A DNA stretch of 64,000 bases from a virus. The notes under the pieces were generated by a model. The model was given only the letters and a program-made list of their open reading frames with translations, made no database searches and was not told the origin of the DNA. Both the position numbers and the translations under genes were made by a program. The stretch's first letter is position 1, and each line of letters begins with the position of its first letter. Where the stretch lies: IMG/VR virus record IMGVR_UViG_3300030104_006883, positions 121,928-185,927 of that record. One strand, given 5' to 3'. Shown here in pieces: positions 29,831 to 39,602 of the stretch.

Positions 29831-32800
29831 CACAAAGAAGCAAATCATCAATTCCTTTTGTAGGATTGCACGCGCACAGCGTGGTCGGGTCTCCATTCGA
29901 TGCTCTTGGTTATCCACAGGAGCATATGGACTTTGCTTATGAGAATGGCTGCGATGCCCTGGCTCTCACAGATCATGGAAACGCCAATGGCATGTCCTAC
30001 CAAATCCTTCATGCTAGAAAAATGAAGCAACAGGGAAAGAATTTTAAGCCTATTTTTGGTGTAGAAGCCTATTTCTTACCATCGATAGATGATTGGAGAG
30101 AAGCCTATGAAAAGGCGAAAGAGGATAAGAAAGAGGCCAAGAAACTAAAGAACTCGGACAATATGTCCATTGAAAATGAAATGGATTCAAAGGCAAAAGC
30201 CAACATAATAAAGAAAAAGAACCATCTCATTTTGCTCGCACAGAACCAGAAGGGACTGAACAATATTTTCTCTCTTATTTCTAAATCCTATGAGGGGGAC
30301 AATAGATATCGGTATCCTCGTGTAGACTATAAATTATTGGAGAAATATAATGACGGTATTATTGCTTCGTCTGCTTGCCTTGGTGGCGTGTATGCAGGCA
30401 ACTATTGGGATAATCGTGACGACGGCCCTGATGCTGTTCTAGCATCCATGCGCGAAACAACTGAGAAGATGCAATCTATCTTTGGGGATAGGTGGTACGG
30501 GGAGCTTCAGTGGTTTTCTGCGCCAGAGCAACACGAGCTAAATAAATTTATCATACAGGTGGCCGAAGAGTATGGAATGGAGCTTATTTCCACGGCAGAT
30601 AGTCACTACCCTAATCCTGACGCTTGGAAAGATAGGGAACTTTATAAGCGTCTTGGATTTTTGGGGAGAGCCCAGAAGCCTGAGTGGCTGACAGATGAGC
30701 TTCCTGTTGACGTAGACGAATTTGGCATGGAACTGTATCCAAAGAACGGCGACCAGATGTGGGAAGAGTACAAGAAGTACTCTTCAATGTGCGATGTTGA
30801 ATATGATGATGATCTAATATTAAAATCAATTACCAACACACATAAGATAGCTTTTGAAAGGATCGAGGACTTTATGCCAGACAGCACTGTTAGGCTTCCT
30901 GAATTTGTTGTCCCGCCGGACAATACTGCAACTGGCGCTCTTACTAAACTCGCCATAGACGGCCTTAAGAAAATGAATCTACACGTCAAGCCAGACTATG
31001 TTGAGAGGCTTAAGGAAGAAATAAAGATTATTGATGAGAGGGGGTTTAGCAAGTATTTCCTTACCATGAAGGCAATCGCGGATAGAGCTAATGAAGTGAT
31101 GCTTTCCGGGCCAGGAAGAGGTAGTGCGGCGGGCTCTCTTTTGTCGTATGTCTTGGGTATTACCCAGATAGACCCGATAAAGTACGACCTGCTGTTTTCT
31201 AGATTTATGAGAAGAGACGCCAAGGACTACCCTGATATCGACTATGATGTAAGTGATAGAATGAAACTAACAAACCTATTGGTCGATGAGTGGGGCGCAA
31301 ACACTGTCGTGCCTATTTCTAATTACAATACTTTACAACTTCGGTCTCTGATTAAAGATGTATCTAAGTTCTATAATGTGCCCTTCACGGAAGTCAACCC
31401 CGTTACATCTAAAATGATTCAAGAGGCGACTCCTGCGGCGAAAAAGAAGCACGGAATCAAGTCCGGTGTTTATGTTCCTACTTTTGAAGAGACCATGGAA
31501 TATTCCTCCACACTACAAAAGTATTTACAAAAATATCCATTTATTAAAACACATATTGAGGCAATTTACGGCTCTGTAAGGTCGATTAGTCGACATGCTG
31601 GGGGAGTTGTGATCGGAGAACAGCTAGACAAGTATATGCCCTTGATTACAAACAAGGGAGTGACTCAAACACCATGGTCGGAGGGCCAAAACGTCAGGCA
31701 TTTGGAACCCCTCGGATTCATTAAATTTGATTTCTTGGGACTGAGCACGTTGAGGATGATTGAAGTCGCTATCGAGCACATACTCGAAAGACATCATGGA
31801 ATAAAAAATCCAACATTCGATGACATTAAGAAATATTATGACCAAAATCTTCATCCTGACGCGATTGATTTGAATGATAAGAATGTTTATAGAAACATCT
31901 TTCACAAAGGCAATTTTGCGGGCATCTTCCAGTTTACACAAGAGGGCGCGCAGGAATTTTGTGTCCGGGCTAGACCGAAAAATATTATTGATATTTCTGC
32001 GATTACCTCAATCTACAGGCCTGGGCCTCTTGGCGCTAATGTTGACAAATCATACGTTGAAGCTAAAGAAAACCCCGGATCGATACACTACGTCCACCCT
32101 TTGCTGAAAGAGGTGACGCAGGAGACTTACGGCTTCCTTATTTTTCAGGAACAGATTGCTTTGCTGGCTCACAAATTGGGCAAAAACGTGTCTCTGGACG
32201 AAGGCAATGCACTTAGAAAGCTTTTGACCAAGAAAGGAACGGGGAAGGGAGACTCTCAAAAGATAGAAATAGAACAGAAGTTTATTGATGGATGCAGAGA
32301 TAAAGGAATTGATAGAACTAGCGCAGAAAAGCTTTGGGCTAACTTTGAATACTTCTCTGGTTACGGCTTCAATAAGAGCCATGCAGTATCCTATTCGGTT
32401 TTGAGTTATCAATGTGCTTGGCTATTGAATTATTATCCTTCTGAGTGGGTAGCTGCGTTTCTAGACAGAGAACCGGAAGGCAGAAAAGAACAAGCGATTA
32501 ATATTGCTAAGAAGATGGGATATGAGATCCAGCCGATCGATATTAATCTCTCTACTATGAAATGGACAATCGGAGATGACGATAAGACCCTTATCCAGCC
32601 GTTTAACTCTGTCAAGGGCCTTGGTGATGCCGCAATTAAACAAATCATTGACAACAGACCATTTCACACTGCGGAAGACCTTCTGTTTAATGAAGACATC
32701 TCTTATTCTAAATTAAATAAAAAAGCTCTGGATGTTCTTTGTCGGTGTGGAGCACTGGACCTTCTCATAGATGAAAGATTTAGCGGAACTAAGCATTTTT

Positions 32801-33255
32801 GGGGAGCCGTTGCGTGTGAGAGACCTAAAAATAGAAAAAAGTTTTTAAACAACATTGAGGCGTTTGCAGAACAAGGAGACTTTAGTGACGAAGAGAAGAT
32901 TCGCCACATATCTGATTTAACAGGAGTTTTCCCGTTTGACATTGTTGTAAATAAAGACGTGCAGAGAAAGTTGGGAGAATATTGTGTGCCACCACTAGGT
33001 GAGTGGGACAATGATTTGGGGGTTGCTTGGTTCATTCCCAGAGAAATTGTAAAGAAAAAAACAAAGAACGGAAAAGACTATTGGGTTGTTAGAGCAATTG
33101 ACCCTACGTCAACAATTACTAGTATAAAATGCTGGGGTGTGCGGAAAGGGGATGAATTGCACATAAATAGACCCTACATGGCGAAGCTGGACTATGACGA
33201 GCAATGGGGCTTTTCTACAAGATCTATTAGGCACAACTTTAAATTACTCGGATAG
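29827..33255 (+). CDS. dnaE: DNA polymerase III alpha subunit
   Basis: PHP LHAHS/ALTDHG, GRGSAAGSL, YPDIDYD, SRHAGGVV, IKFDFLGL, YGFNKSHA. Confidence 0.97.
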   Translation: MTQRSKSSIPFVGLHAHSVVGSPFDALGYPQEHMDFAYENGCDALALTDHGNANGMSYQILHARKMKQQGKNFKPIFGVEAYFLPSIDDWREAYEKAKEDKKEAKKLKNSDNMSIENEMDSKAKANIIKKKNHLILLAQNQKGLNNIFSLISKSYEGDNRYRYPRVDYKLLEKYNDGIIASSACLGGVYAGNYWDNRDDGPDAVLASMRETTEKMQSIFGDRWYGELQWFSAPEQHELNKFIIQVAEEYGMELISTADSHYPNPDAWKDRELYKRLGFLGRAQKPEWLTDELPVDVDEFGMELYPKNGDQMWEEYKKYSSMCDVEYDDDLILKSITNTHKIAFERIEDFMPDSTVRLPEFVVPPDNTATGALTKLAIDGLKKMNLHVKPDYVERLKEEIKIIDERGFSKYFLTMKAIADRANEVMLSGPGRGSAAGSLLSYVLGITQIDPIKYDLLFSRFMRRDAKDYPDIDYDVSDRMKLTNLLVDEWGANTVVPISNYNTLQLRSLIKDVSKFYNVPFTEVNPVTSKMIQEATPAAKKKHGIKSGVYVPTFEETMEYSSTLQKYLQKYPFIKTHIEAIYGSVRSISRHAGGVVIGEQLDKYMPLITNKGVTQTPWSEGQNVRHLEPLGFIKFDFLGLSTLRMIEVAIEHILERHHGIKNPTFDDIKKYYDQNLHPDAIDLNDKNVYRNIFHKGNFAGIFQFTQEGAQEFCVRARPKNIIDISAITSIYRPGPLGANVDKSYVEAKENPGSIHYVHPLLKEVTQETYGFLIFQEQIALLAHKLGKNVSLDEGNALRKLLTKKGTGKGDSQKIEIEQKFIDGCRDKGIDRTSAEKLWANFEYFSGYGFNKSHAVSYSVLSYQCAWLLNYYPSEWVAAFLDREPEGRKEQAINIAKKMGYEIQPIDINLSTMKWTIGDDDKTLIQPFNSVKGLGDAAIKQIIDNRPFHTAEDLLFNEDISYSKLNKKALDVLCRCGALDLLIDERFSGTKHFWGAVACERPKNRKKFLNNIEAFAEQGDFSDEEKIRHISDLTGVFPFDIVVNKDVQRKLGEYCVPPLGEWDNDLGVAWFIPREIVKKKTKNGKDYWVVRAIDPTSTITSIKCWGVRKGDELHINRPYMAKLDYDEQWGFSTRSIRHNFKLLG

Positions 33256-33311
33256 TGCTTTATAATAATTCTAACTATTTAAAATGAAAGAGAGTACCAA
33301 GAGAGCAATAC

Positions 33312-34445
33312 ATGGGTAGTTTCGGTAAGTTTAACGCTGGTGTTAAGTCCGGCCTAAAATCTGGTAAGTTGGGACATATGAAAGACGTGAACACGCTCGC
33401 GTCTTATAATTTAGGTCTCCTTAGATATGACGAAGACACGGAAGGTTGGACAGCGACCGCTGGTGATGTGGAAATTCGTGGCAATACCTTTATGACCGGC
33501 GCTCATAGAATTTTGGGCGATCTTCACGTAACCGGGACTGCTTATTTACAAAATACTGTAATAAAACATAAAACCCAATTCAGTTCTTCTGGAGCAAGCG
33601 TCTTTGGTGATGATTATACCGACTCACACCAATTTACTGGATCGATTTTTTGTAGCCAAAATATGTCCGGTACTTTGTCTTTGAGCGCAAATTCTCTTAC
33701 AGCCTCCTATCTTAAAATCACAGGGTCTACAACACTCGGCAACTATACTTATGTTTGGCCAAGCGCTTCGGGTGACGCTAATCAAGTGCTCACTGTTGAT
33801 GGCAATGGAAACCTTGAATGGGCGGCAGTAGGTGATGGTACCGATGACTTCACTAATAATGGCGATGAGCATGTTGGGAACAGGACTATTGGGAACATAA
33901 CAAACTATACTCTTGGCATCTTAACAAATAATAAACAAAGAATACATCTTACTGGCGAAGGTCAAGGTGGTTTCGTTGGGGTTGGAGTTTCTGGTAGCGA
34001 AGTAACAAACATGTTGACGCTACCCAATATTCCAAATGTTTCCGGATCTGGTAAGGCTGGTAGTTGGAGAACCTACAGTTCTCGTCGGTATAAGAAAGAT
34101 ATAGAAACAATACAATCGCCTATCCAAACTGTCATGAGGCTCAGAGGGGTGACATTTAGGTGGAAGAACGGCGATGTTAATGATATGGGCTTTATTGCTG
34201 AAGAGGTGGGCGCGATTCTTCCGGAGATAGTAGAGTACGAATCAAACGGTGTCGATGCTGAGAGTATGGAATACTCGAAAGTAGGTCCGCTTTTGGTAGA
34301 AGTTGTTAAAGAACAACAAAAAATGATTAAGGGTCTTGATTTAGCACTCGTAGATCTCAGATACGACTTTGAGTACTACAAATTACCCTGGTGGAAGAAG
34401 TTGTTCTTATGGATGAAGAAAAAGATTAAAAAAGATTCTGAATAA
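33312..34445 (+). CDS. Tail fibre/spike protein with C-terminal S74 intramolecular chaperone
   Basis: Gly/Thr/Ser-rich beta repeats; SSRRYKKDI..LRGVTFRW..GFIAEEV..YSKVGPLLVE. Confidence 0.8.
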   Translation: MGSFGKFNAGVKSGLKSGKLGHMKDVNTLASYNLGLLRYDEDTEGWTATAGDVEIRGNTFMTGAHRILGDLHVTGTAYLQNTVIKHKTQFSSSGASVFGDDYTDSHQFTGSIFCSQNMSGTLSLSANSLTASYLKITGSTTLGNYTYVWPSASGDANQVLTVDGNGNLEWAAVGDGTDDFTNNGDEHVGNRTIGNITNYTLGILTNNKQRIHLTGEGQGGFVGVGVSGSEVTNMLTLPNIPNVSGSGKAGSWRTYSSRRYKKDIETIQSPIQTVMRLRGVTFRWKNGDVNDMGFIAEEVGAILPEIVEYESNGVDAESMEYSKVGPLLVEVVKEQQKMIKGLDLALVDLRYDFEYYKLPWWKKLFLWMKKKIKKDSE

Positions 34446-34582
34446 TTGTCACGGCTTATAAAAAAACGTTATAAGCAGTGGAATTGTCCCCGCCTTTAGA
34501 GGGCCAAATAGACTATTTATCTTATGCCTGGGACTCCCAGGCCAATTAAACAATAAATAATCAAATATAGGGGGATTTATTT

Positions 34583-36985
34583 ATGTCTAGTATTCAATTA
34601 TCCGGATCAGGACTTAGAACAGGGGCTAGTACCGTTAAAGTTCTTGAGTTCGGAACAGAAGGAACCGTTAAGGTCGCTGCCGACCTTCAAACAACTGGTT
34701 CTGCAAAATTCACGAAGATCTCGGGATCTTCTACATTAGAGATGGTCGGCGCTGCTTACTTCGGTAGCACTGTCGCAGCTACTGGCTCTATTACCGCTGG
34801 TAGCTCGTTCATCATTGGCTCTGCCGATCTTAACGAGACTGATCTTGAAAAACTCGATGGTATCACCAATGGTACTGTCGCTGCCAACAAGGCTCTTGTC
34901 GTTGATGGTAGTAAGGACTTGGATGGCGTTAATGACCTTACGCTTGAAGGCTCTTTGATCATTGGCAATGCTTCCATGAGCGAAACTGACCTTGAGAAGC
35001 TTGATGGTATCACTAATGGTGCCGGTGCCGCTAACAAGGCTCTTGTCCTTGATGGTAACGCTGATGTGGCTTCTGGCTTGCGCAACGTTACTGCTACAGG
35101 AGCAATCACTGCTGGCACTTCGTTCATCATCGGTTCTGCCGATCTTAACGAAGCTGACCTTGAAAAGCTTGACGGCATCACCAATGGTGCTGGTGCCGCT
35201 AACAAGGCTCTTGTCCTTGATGGTAACGCCGACGTAGCCTCTGGCTTGCGTAGCGTAACTGGCTCTGGCGATGCTTACTTCGCTAATGGCGTCTTCTCGG
35301 GCGACCTTCGTTTGGACGATGACCTTACCGTAGGTGACGCCATCAACGCTGGTGGTAGAATCACTGGTGGGACTCTCACTGATGGAACGGCAACACTAAC
35401 TGGTGGTAGATTCGCTGCTCTGGCTGATCTAACAGCTTCTTACGCCAAGATCGGAGTTCTTGACGTTGTGACAATCAACAGCAAGACCACTACGGTTGAG
35501 AACGTTGAAGTTTCAGCTTCGTTGATGATCCTTTCTGATGGTGCAGCCACCGCCAATGAGGCAGATGGATCAGGTATGTATATCAGTGGCGCAAATGCAC
35601 ACTTTGCCTGGAACAACAGCATGTCGGCACTAAGCTCAAGTCACCAAATGTTCGTCAACGGAAACGTAGCGCTTGGTTCTGGCAACTCGTTTGTTATCGG
35701 TTCTGCCGATCTTAACGAAGCTGACCTTGAAAAGCTCGATGGTATCACCGATGGTACTGTCGCTGCCAACAAGGCAGTTGTTGTTGACTCCAACAAGGAT
35801 GCCTCTGGCTACCGCAACGTTACTGCCGCAGGAGCAATCACTGCCGGTACTTCGTTCATCATCGGCTCTGCCGATCTTAACGAAGCTGACCTTGAAAAGC
35901 TTGACGGCATCACCAATGGTACTGTCGCTGCTAGCAAGGCAGTTGTTGTCGACTCTGACAAGGATGCCTCTGGTTTCCGTAACGTTACTGCCACAGGAGC
36001 AGTCACTGCTGGTACTTCGTTCATCATCGGTTCTGCCGATCTTAACGAAGCCGACCTTGAAAAGCTTGACGGCATCACCAATGGTACTGTCGCTGCTAGC
36101 AAGGCAGTTGTCGTTGATGGTAATAAGGACTTCTCTGGCTTCCGCAACATGAGCGGTAGTGGAGAGCTACAGCTAGTTGGCGCTGTTACAGCCCAGGGCA
36201 ACATCACAACATCTGGTAGTTTTGTTATCGGCAACGCTTCCATGAGCGAAGCTGACCTTGAGAAGCTCGATGGCATTACCGATGGTACTGCTGCTGCTAA
36301 TAAAGCAATGGTCCTAGACTCTAATGCTGACATTACCGGCGGTCGTAACCTTACGCTTTCTGGTGAGCTTGATGCAGCATCAGGCGACTTCTCTGGTAAC
36401 ATTGACGTTGATGGCACAGCCAACCTTGACGATGTTGACATTGACGGTAATACCCAGGCTGACGGCACTTTGACTGTCGGTGTAAATGGTACTGGTTACG
36501 ATGTTAAGTTCTATGGCGATCAAGCCGGTTCTTACTTGATGTGGGATGAGTCATCGAACTCGTTGAACATGATTAATTCACACATGTCTGGAGCTTCGGC
36601 AACCTTCCACGGCGCTCTCTACTCCGAGAGCGATGCAGCCAACAACATCTCTATCCTGGTCCCAGAGACGCACTCGATCAAAGCCGGTCAGTTCGTCACC
36701 TTCTCGGACGCAACTCTCAAGAAGAACGTCAAGCAACTTGACGGAGCTATCGAGAAAGTTATGTCGATGAGAGGCGTTTCTTATGAAATGAAGAAGGACG
36801 ATAGAGGCAGAGCAGAGGTAGGCTTTATCGCTCAAGAGATGAAGCAAGTCGTACCAGAGGTTGTCTACGGAGACGAAGACGGAAATCATGGTATTGATTA
36901 CGGTAAGCTAACTTCGATTTTGGTAGAGGCAGTTAAGGCTCAGCAAACACAGATTGATGAGTTGAAAGCTTTGCTAAAGAAATAA
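34583..36985 (+). CDS. Long tail fibre protein with internal repeats and S74 chaperone
   Basis: Seven DLEKLDGIT repeats; SDATLKKNV..GFIAQE..IDYGKLTSILVEAVK. Confidence 0.85.
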   Translation: MSSIQLSGSGLRTGASTVKVLEFGTEGTVKVAADLQTTGSAKFTKISGSSTLEMVGAAYFGSTVAATGSITAGSSFIIGSADLNETDLEKLDGITNGTVAANKALVVDGSKDLDGVNDLTLEGSLIIGNASMSETDLEKLDGITNGAGAANKALVLDGNADVASGLRNVTATGAITAGTSFIIGSADLNEADLEKLDGITNGAGAANKALVLDGNADVASGLRSVTGSGDAYFANGVFSGDLRLDDDLTVGDAINAGGRITGGTLTDGTATLTGGRFAALADLTASYAKIGVLDVVTINSKTTTVENVEVSASLMILSDGAATANEADGSGMYISGANAHFAWNNSMSALSSSHQMFVNGNVALGSGNSFVIGSADLNEADLEKLDGITDGTVAANKAVVVDSNKDASGYRNVTAAGAITAGTSFIIGSADLNEADLEKLDGITNGTVAASKAVVVDSDKDASGFRNVTATGAVTAGTSFIIGSADLNEADLEKLDGITNGTVAASKAVVVDGNKDFSGFRNMSGSGELQLVGAVTAQGNITTSGSFVIGNASMSEADLEKLDGITDGTAAANKAMVLDSNADITGGRNLTLSGELDAASGDFSGNIDVDGTANLDDVDIDGNTQADGTLTVGVNGTGYDVKFYGDQAGSYLMWDESSNSLNMINSHMSGASATFHGALYSESDAANNISILVPETHSIKAGQFVTFSDATLKKNVKQLDGAIEKVMSMRGVSYEMKKDDRGRAEVGFIAQEMKQVVPEVVYGDEDGNHGIDYGKLTSILVEAVKAQQTQIDELKALLKK
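34800..36350 (+). repeat. Seven ~55-aa (165-168 bp) intragenic repeats in two blocks (3+4)
   Basis: Near-identical units at 35686, 35851, 36016 (165-bp period); consensus SFIIGSADLNEADLEKLDGITNGTVAASKAVVVD. Confidence 0.95.
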
Positions 36986-37034
36986 AGTAATTTTTATTAC
37001 TTAGTGTTTGACACTTAGTGTTGCACACAGTGAG

Positions 37035-37072
37035 CCGGGGGAGGATTTTTCCTCCCCCGGCCTCATGCTTTT
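37035..37072 (+). terminator. Terminator after tail fibre genes
   Basis: CCGGGGGAGGA/TCCTCCCCCGG stem, T-tract downstream. Confidence 0.75.
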
Positions 37073-37131
37073 TATTGTTGACAAGTAAAAAAAACAATGT
37101 TACTTTAAAGCTCCAAATCAAAGGAGCATCA

Positions 37132-37587
37132 ATGATTATTGAGTTTTGTAAGGTCCGACCCACTGCTGTGAATCCCAAGAGGGCCAACCCATCTGACGCA
37201 GGACTGGATGTTTTTTATTGTCCCGAAGACAAGAAAAAATCAATAACTATAAGACCAGGCCAGAACGCTATTTTGCCGACTGGTTTAAAGTTCGGACTTC
37301 CTCATGGATACATGTTGCAAGTAATGAATAGATCTAGTCTTGCTGCCAAAAGAAACCTTATTGTGGGAGCACACTGTATAGATGCGGGATATGATGGTGA
37401 AGTTTTTATTGATTTACACAATATCGGATTGATTGAGAGCGTTATAAAGCCCGGAGATAAGATAGCACAATTAACCCTGGTTCCGGTGGTACACGCCAGA
37501 GTAATTGAGACTAGCGATGACTTATATGCAGACAGCATCGCGATAACAGAAAGGGGCGACGGAGCCCTGGGGAGTACTGGAACATGA
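37132..37587 (+). CDS. dut: Trimeric dUTPase
   Basis: DAGLDV, NRSS, IDAGYDGE, IAQL, RGDGALGSTG; ATG 37132 after AAGGAG; TTGACA-N17-TACTTT at 37078-37106. Confidence 0.95.
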   Translation: MIIEFCKVRPTAVNPKRANPSDAGLDVFYCPEDKKKSITIRPGQNAILPTGLKFGLPHGYMLQVMNRSSLAAKRNLIVGAHCIDAGYDGEVFIDLHNIGLIESVIKPGDKIAQLTLVPVVHARVIETSDDLYADSIAITERGDGALGSTGT

Positions 37588-37856
37588 GCACAGCTAATTT
37601 AGACGAAATGGATAGAAGGGGCATGTTCCCAGGCATTAAGAAAGAGATGGTGAACCACCCTACTCATTATAAGCCCGATGGATCAAAATATGAAGCCATC
37701 GACGTTATAGAGGACTGGAACTTAGGGTTTAATGACGGCAACGCTGTTAAATATATTTGCCGACATAGGTTTAAAGAAAGCGCGATACAGGACATAGAAA
37801 AGGCAATTTGGTACCTTCAGAGGCACTTAGAAAATCTCAAAAAGGAGACAAGGTGA
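37584..37856 (+). CDS. DUF3310-family protein
   Basis: VNHPTHY, EAIDVIE, GNAVKYICR, DIEKAIWYL. Confidence 0.88.
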   Translation: MSTANLDEMDRRGMFPGIKKEMVNHPTHYKPDGSKYEAIDVIEDWNLGFNDGNAVKYICRHRFKESAIQDIEKAIWYLQRHLENLKKETR

Positions 37857-38866
37857 AAGAAGCATTATCGTTCGACGATGTGTTGCTAGCCCCGCAGTAT
37901 AGTGACATTAAAAGCAGAACAGAAGTAGATATATCGAGTGATCTCGATAGCGATTTGAGGTTCGAACTCCCAGTTATCTCTAGCCCCATGGATACAATTA
38001 CAGGGCACGAGATGGCCACCAGCATCGGACAGGCTGGCGGGCTGGGTATTGTTCATAGATATAACACCGTGCAAGAACAGTGTGAAATCTTGGGCAATGT
38101 AGAGACTAAATTTAAAGCAGCCGCGATTGGTATGACCGGAGACTATGTGGAGAGAGCCAAACATCTGGTTCATGAAGGCGGCGCAAGAATTCTTTGTGTT
38201 GACGTCGCGCATGGGCACCACGTCATGATGGAAAAGTGTCTGAAGAACCTAAAGGATGACTTTGGCAACACTGTCCATATTATGGCAGGCAACGTCGCAA
38301 CACTAGAAGCATTTGATGCCCTTGCTAGATGGGGGGCAGACTCTATTAGGGTCGGTATTGGCGGCGGGAGCATTTGTTCGACAAGACTTGTAAGCGGACA
38401 CGGTGTTCCAACCTTCCAAAGCATTGTCGATTGTGCTAGAACAGAGCATGATGTGAGTATAATAGCAGATGGAGGCATTAAGACTACCGGAGATATGGTC
38501 AAGGCCATCGCCGCAGGCGCAGACTTTGTTATGATTGGCTCTATGCTAGCGGGAACCGCAGAAACCCCTGGGCAAATATTCAAGAGCGGTGAAGGTAAAA
38601 AATACAAAGTTTATAGGGGCATGGCCTCCTCAGAGGCACAAAATAAATGGAGAGGCAAATCCTCCACTCCCGAAGGCGTTTCCACGACAGTGCCTTACAA
38701 AGGAAAAGTATCTGACATACTGAGAGACGTAAAGGGTGGGATAAAGAGCGGCTTTTCTTATTCTGGCGCGAGAAGCCTCCAAGAATTTCAGACGCGAGTG
38801 TCCTTTATCAGGCAAACCTCTGCGGGCCAGCATGAAAGCTTCACTCATATATTGACGAGGAAGTAA
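37853..38866 (+). CDS. IMP dehydrogenase / GMP reductase family protein, no CBS domains
   Basis: LSFDDVLL, SSPMDT, DVAHGH, GIGGGSIC, IIADGGI, YRGM, VPYKG; GTG start 37853. Confidence 0.9.
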   Translation: MKEALSFDDVLLAPQYSDIKSRTEVDISSDLDSDLRFELPVISSPMDTITGHEMATSIGQAGGLGIVHRYNTVQEQCEILGNVETKFKAAAIGMTGDYVERAKHLVHEGGARILCVDVAHGHHVMMEKCLKNLKDDFGNTVHIMAGNVATLEAFDALARWGADSIRVGIGGGSICSTRLVSGHGVPTFQSIVDCARTEHDVSIIADGGIKTTGDMVKAIAAGADFVMIGSMLAGTAETPGQIFKSGEGKKYKVYRGMASSEAQNKWRGKSSTPEGVSTTVPYKGKVSDILRDVKGGIKSGFSYSGARSLQEFQTRVSFIRQTSAGQHESFTHILTRK

Positions 38867-38867
38867 C

Positions 38868-39296
38868 ATGAGTAACGAAAAAAAGCACTCAAATAGGACT
38901 CGAAAAGGGGATGAGAGGGATTGGGTAAGAAGCCGTATGAGTCCCGATTCTAGAATTAGAGATGCCACAGTACCTGATCCCGAGGAGCGAAAGAAAATAA
39001 TGTTTTATGACACGGCGAAAAGACGCACTGATCTTAATATTAAATTAAAATATGACAATATTAAGCAGTCTGAGTTTTTTAGAATAATGATATCTGGTTA
39101 TCTGGAATCAGATCCAGACGTACTTTCTTATATTGAGAAATATAAAGAAAAGATGGAAATACACAATTCTCACAAGAGGCGTAAAACTAAACAATTAAGA
39201 AGTGAAGAACAAAAAACAAAAAAGAATTACTCTTTGGATGAAAACGAAGTTGACGATATCTTTGATATTATAGCAGAGGAGCATCCAGACCTATGA
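38868..39296 (+). CDS. Hypothetical basic protein
   Basis: 142-aa ORF coupled to the sigma-4 gene. Confidence 0.5.
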   Translation: MSNEKKHSNRTRKGDERDWVRSRMSPDSRIRDATVPDPEERKKIMFYDTAKRRTDLNIKLKYDNIKQSEFFRIMISGYLESDPDVLSYIEKYKEKMEIHNSHKRRKTKQLRSEEQKTKKNYSLDENEVDDIFDIIAEEHPDL

Positions 39297-39532
39297 AGTG
39301 TTTAGAGAAGTGCAAAGAATATAATATTTCATGCCCTGTTAAGGACTGTAGGCTTTGGATAGAATACGAGTCTGAGTATAATTGTACTCTAGAGGCGATT
39401 GAAAGGTGCGTTGACGTGGAAAAGAGACCATTAACATTACAAGAAGTTGGAAGACGGCTAAGGCTCAGTTTTGTCCGGATAAAACAGATAGAAACTACTG
39501 CTATGGCCAAAGTAGCTTCCATGTTAGAATAA
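39293..39532 (+). CDS. Stand-alone sigma70 region-4 HTH protein with Cys-rich N-terminus
   Basis: TLQEVGRRLRLSFVRIKQIETTAMAKV resembles RpoD 4.2 TLEEVG...RERIRQIE.KAL.KL. Confidence 0.75.
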   Translation: MKCLEKCKEYNISCPVKDCRLWIEYESEYNCTLEAIERCVDVEKRPLTLQEVGRRLRLSFVRIKQIETTAMAKVASMLE

Positions 39533-39602
39533 TATTTAGAATTTAGGTAGTTATAGTACTATTTACTTGTGCAAGTCTTTAACACACACTAGGAGTACCA
39601 AA

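Noticed and set aside
23305-33255. Inteins or group I introns in NrdJ, DnaE, helicase or RecA
   Set aside because: Protein lengths are ordinary, motifs are contiguous, no C...HN splice junctions or LAGLIDADG motifs noticed.
34800-36350. CRISPR array or DGR template/variable repeat
   Set aside because: Repeats are in-frame coding modules without unique spacers; differences are not adenine-specific and no reverse transcriptase is present.
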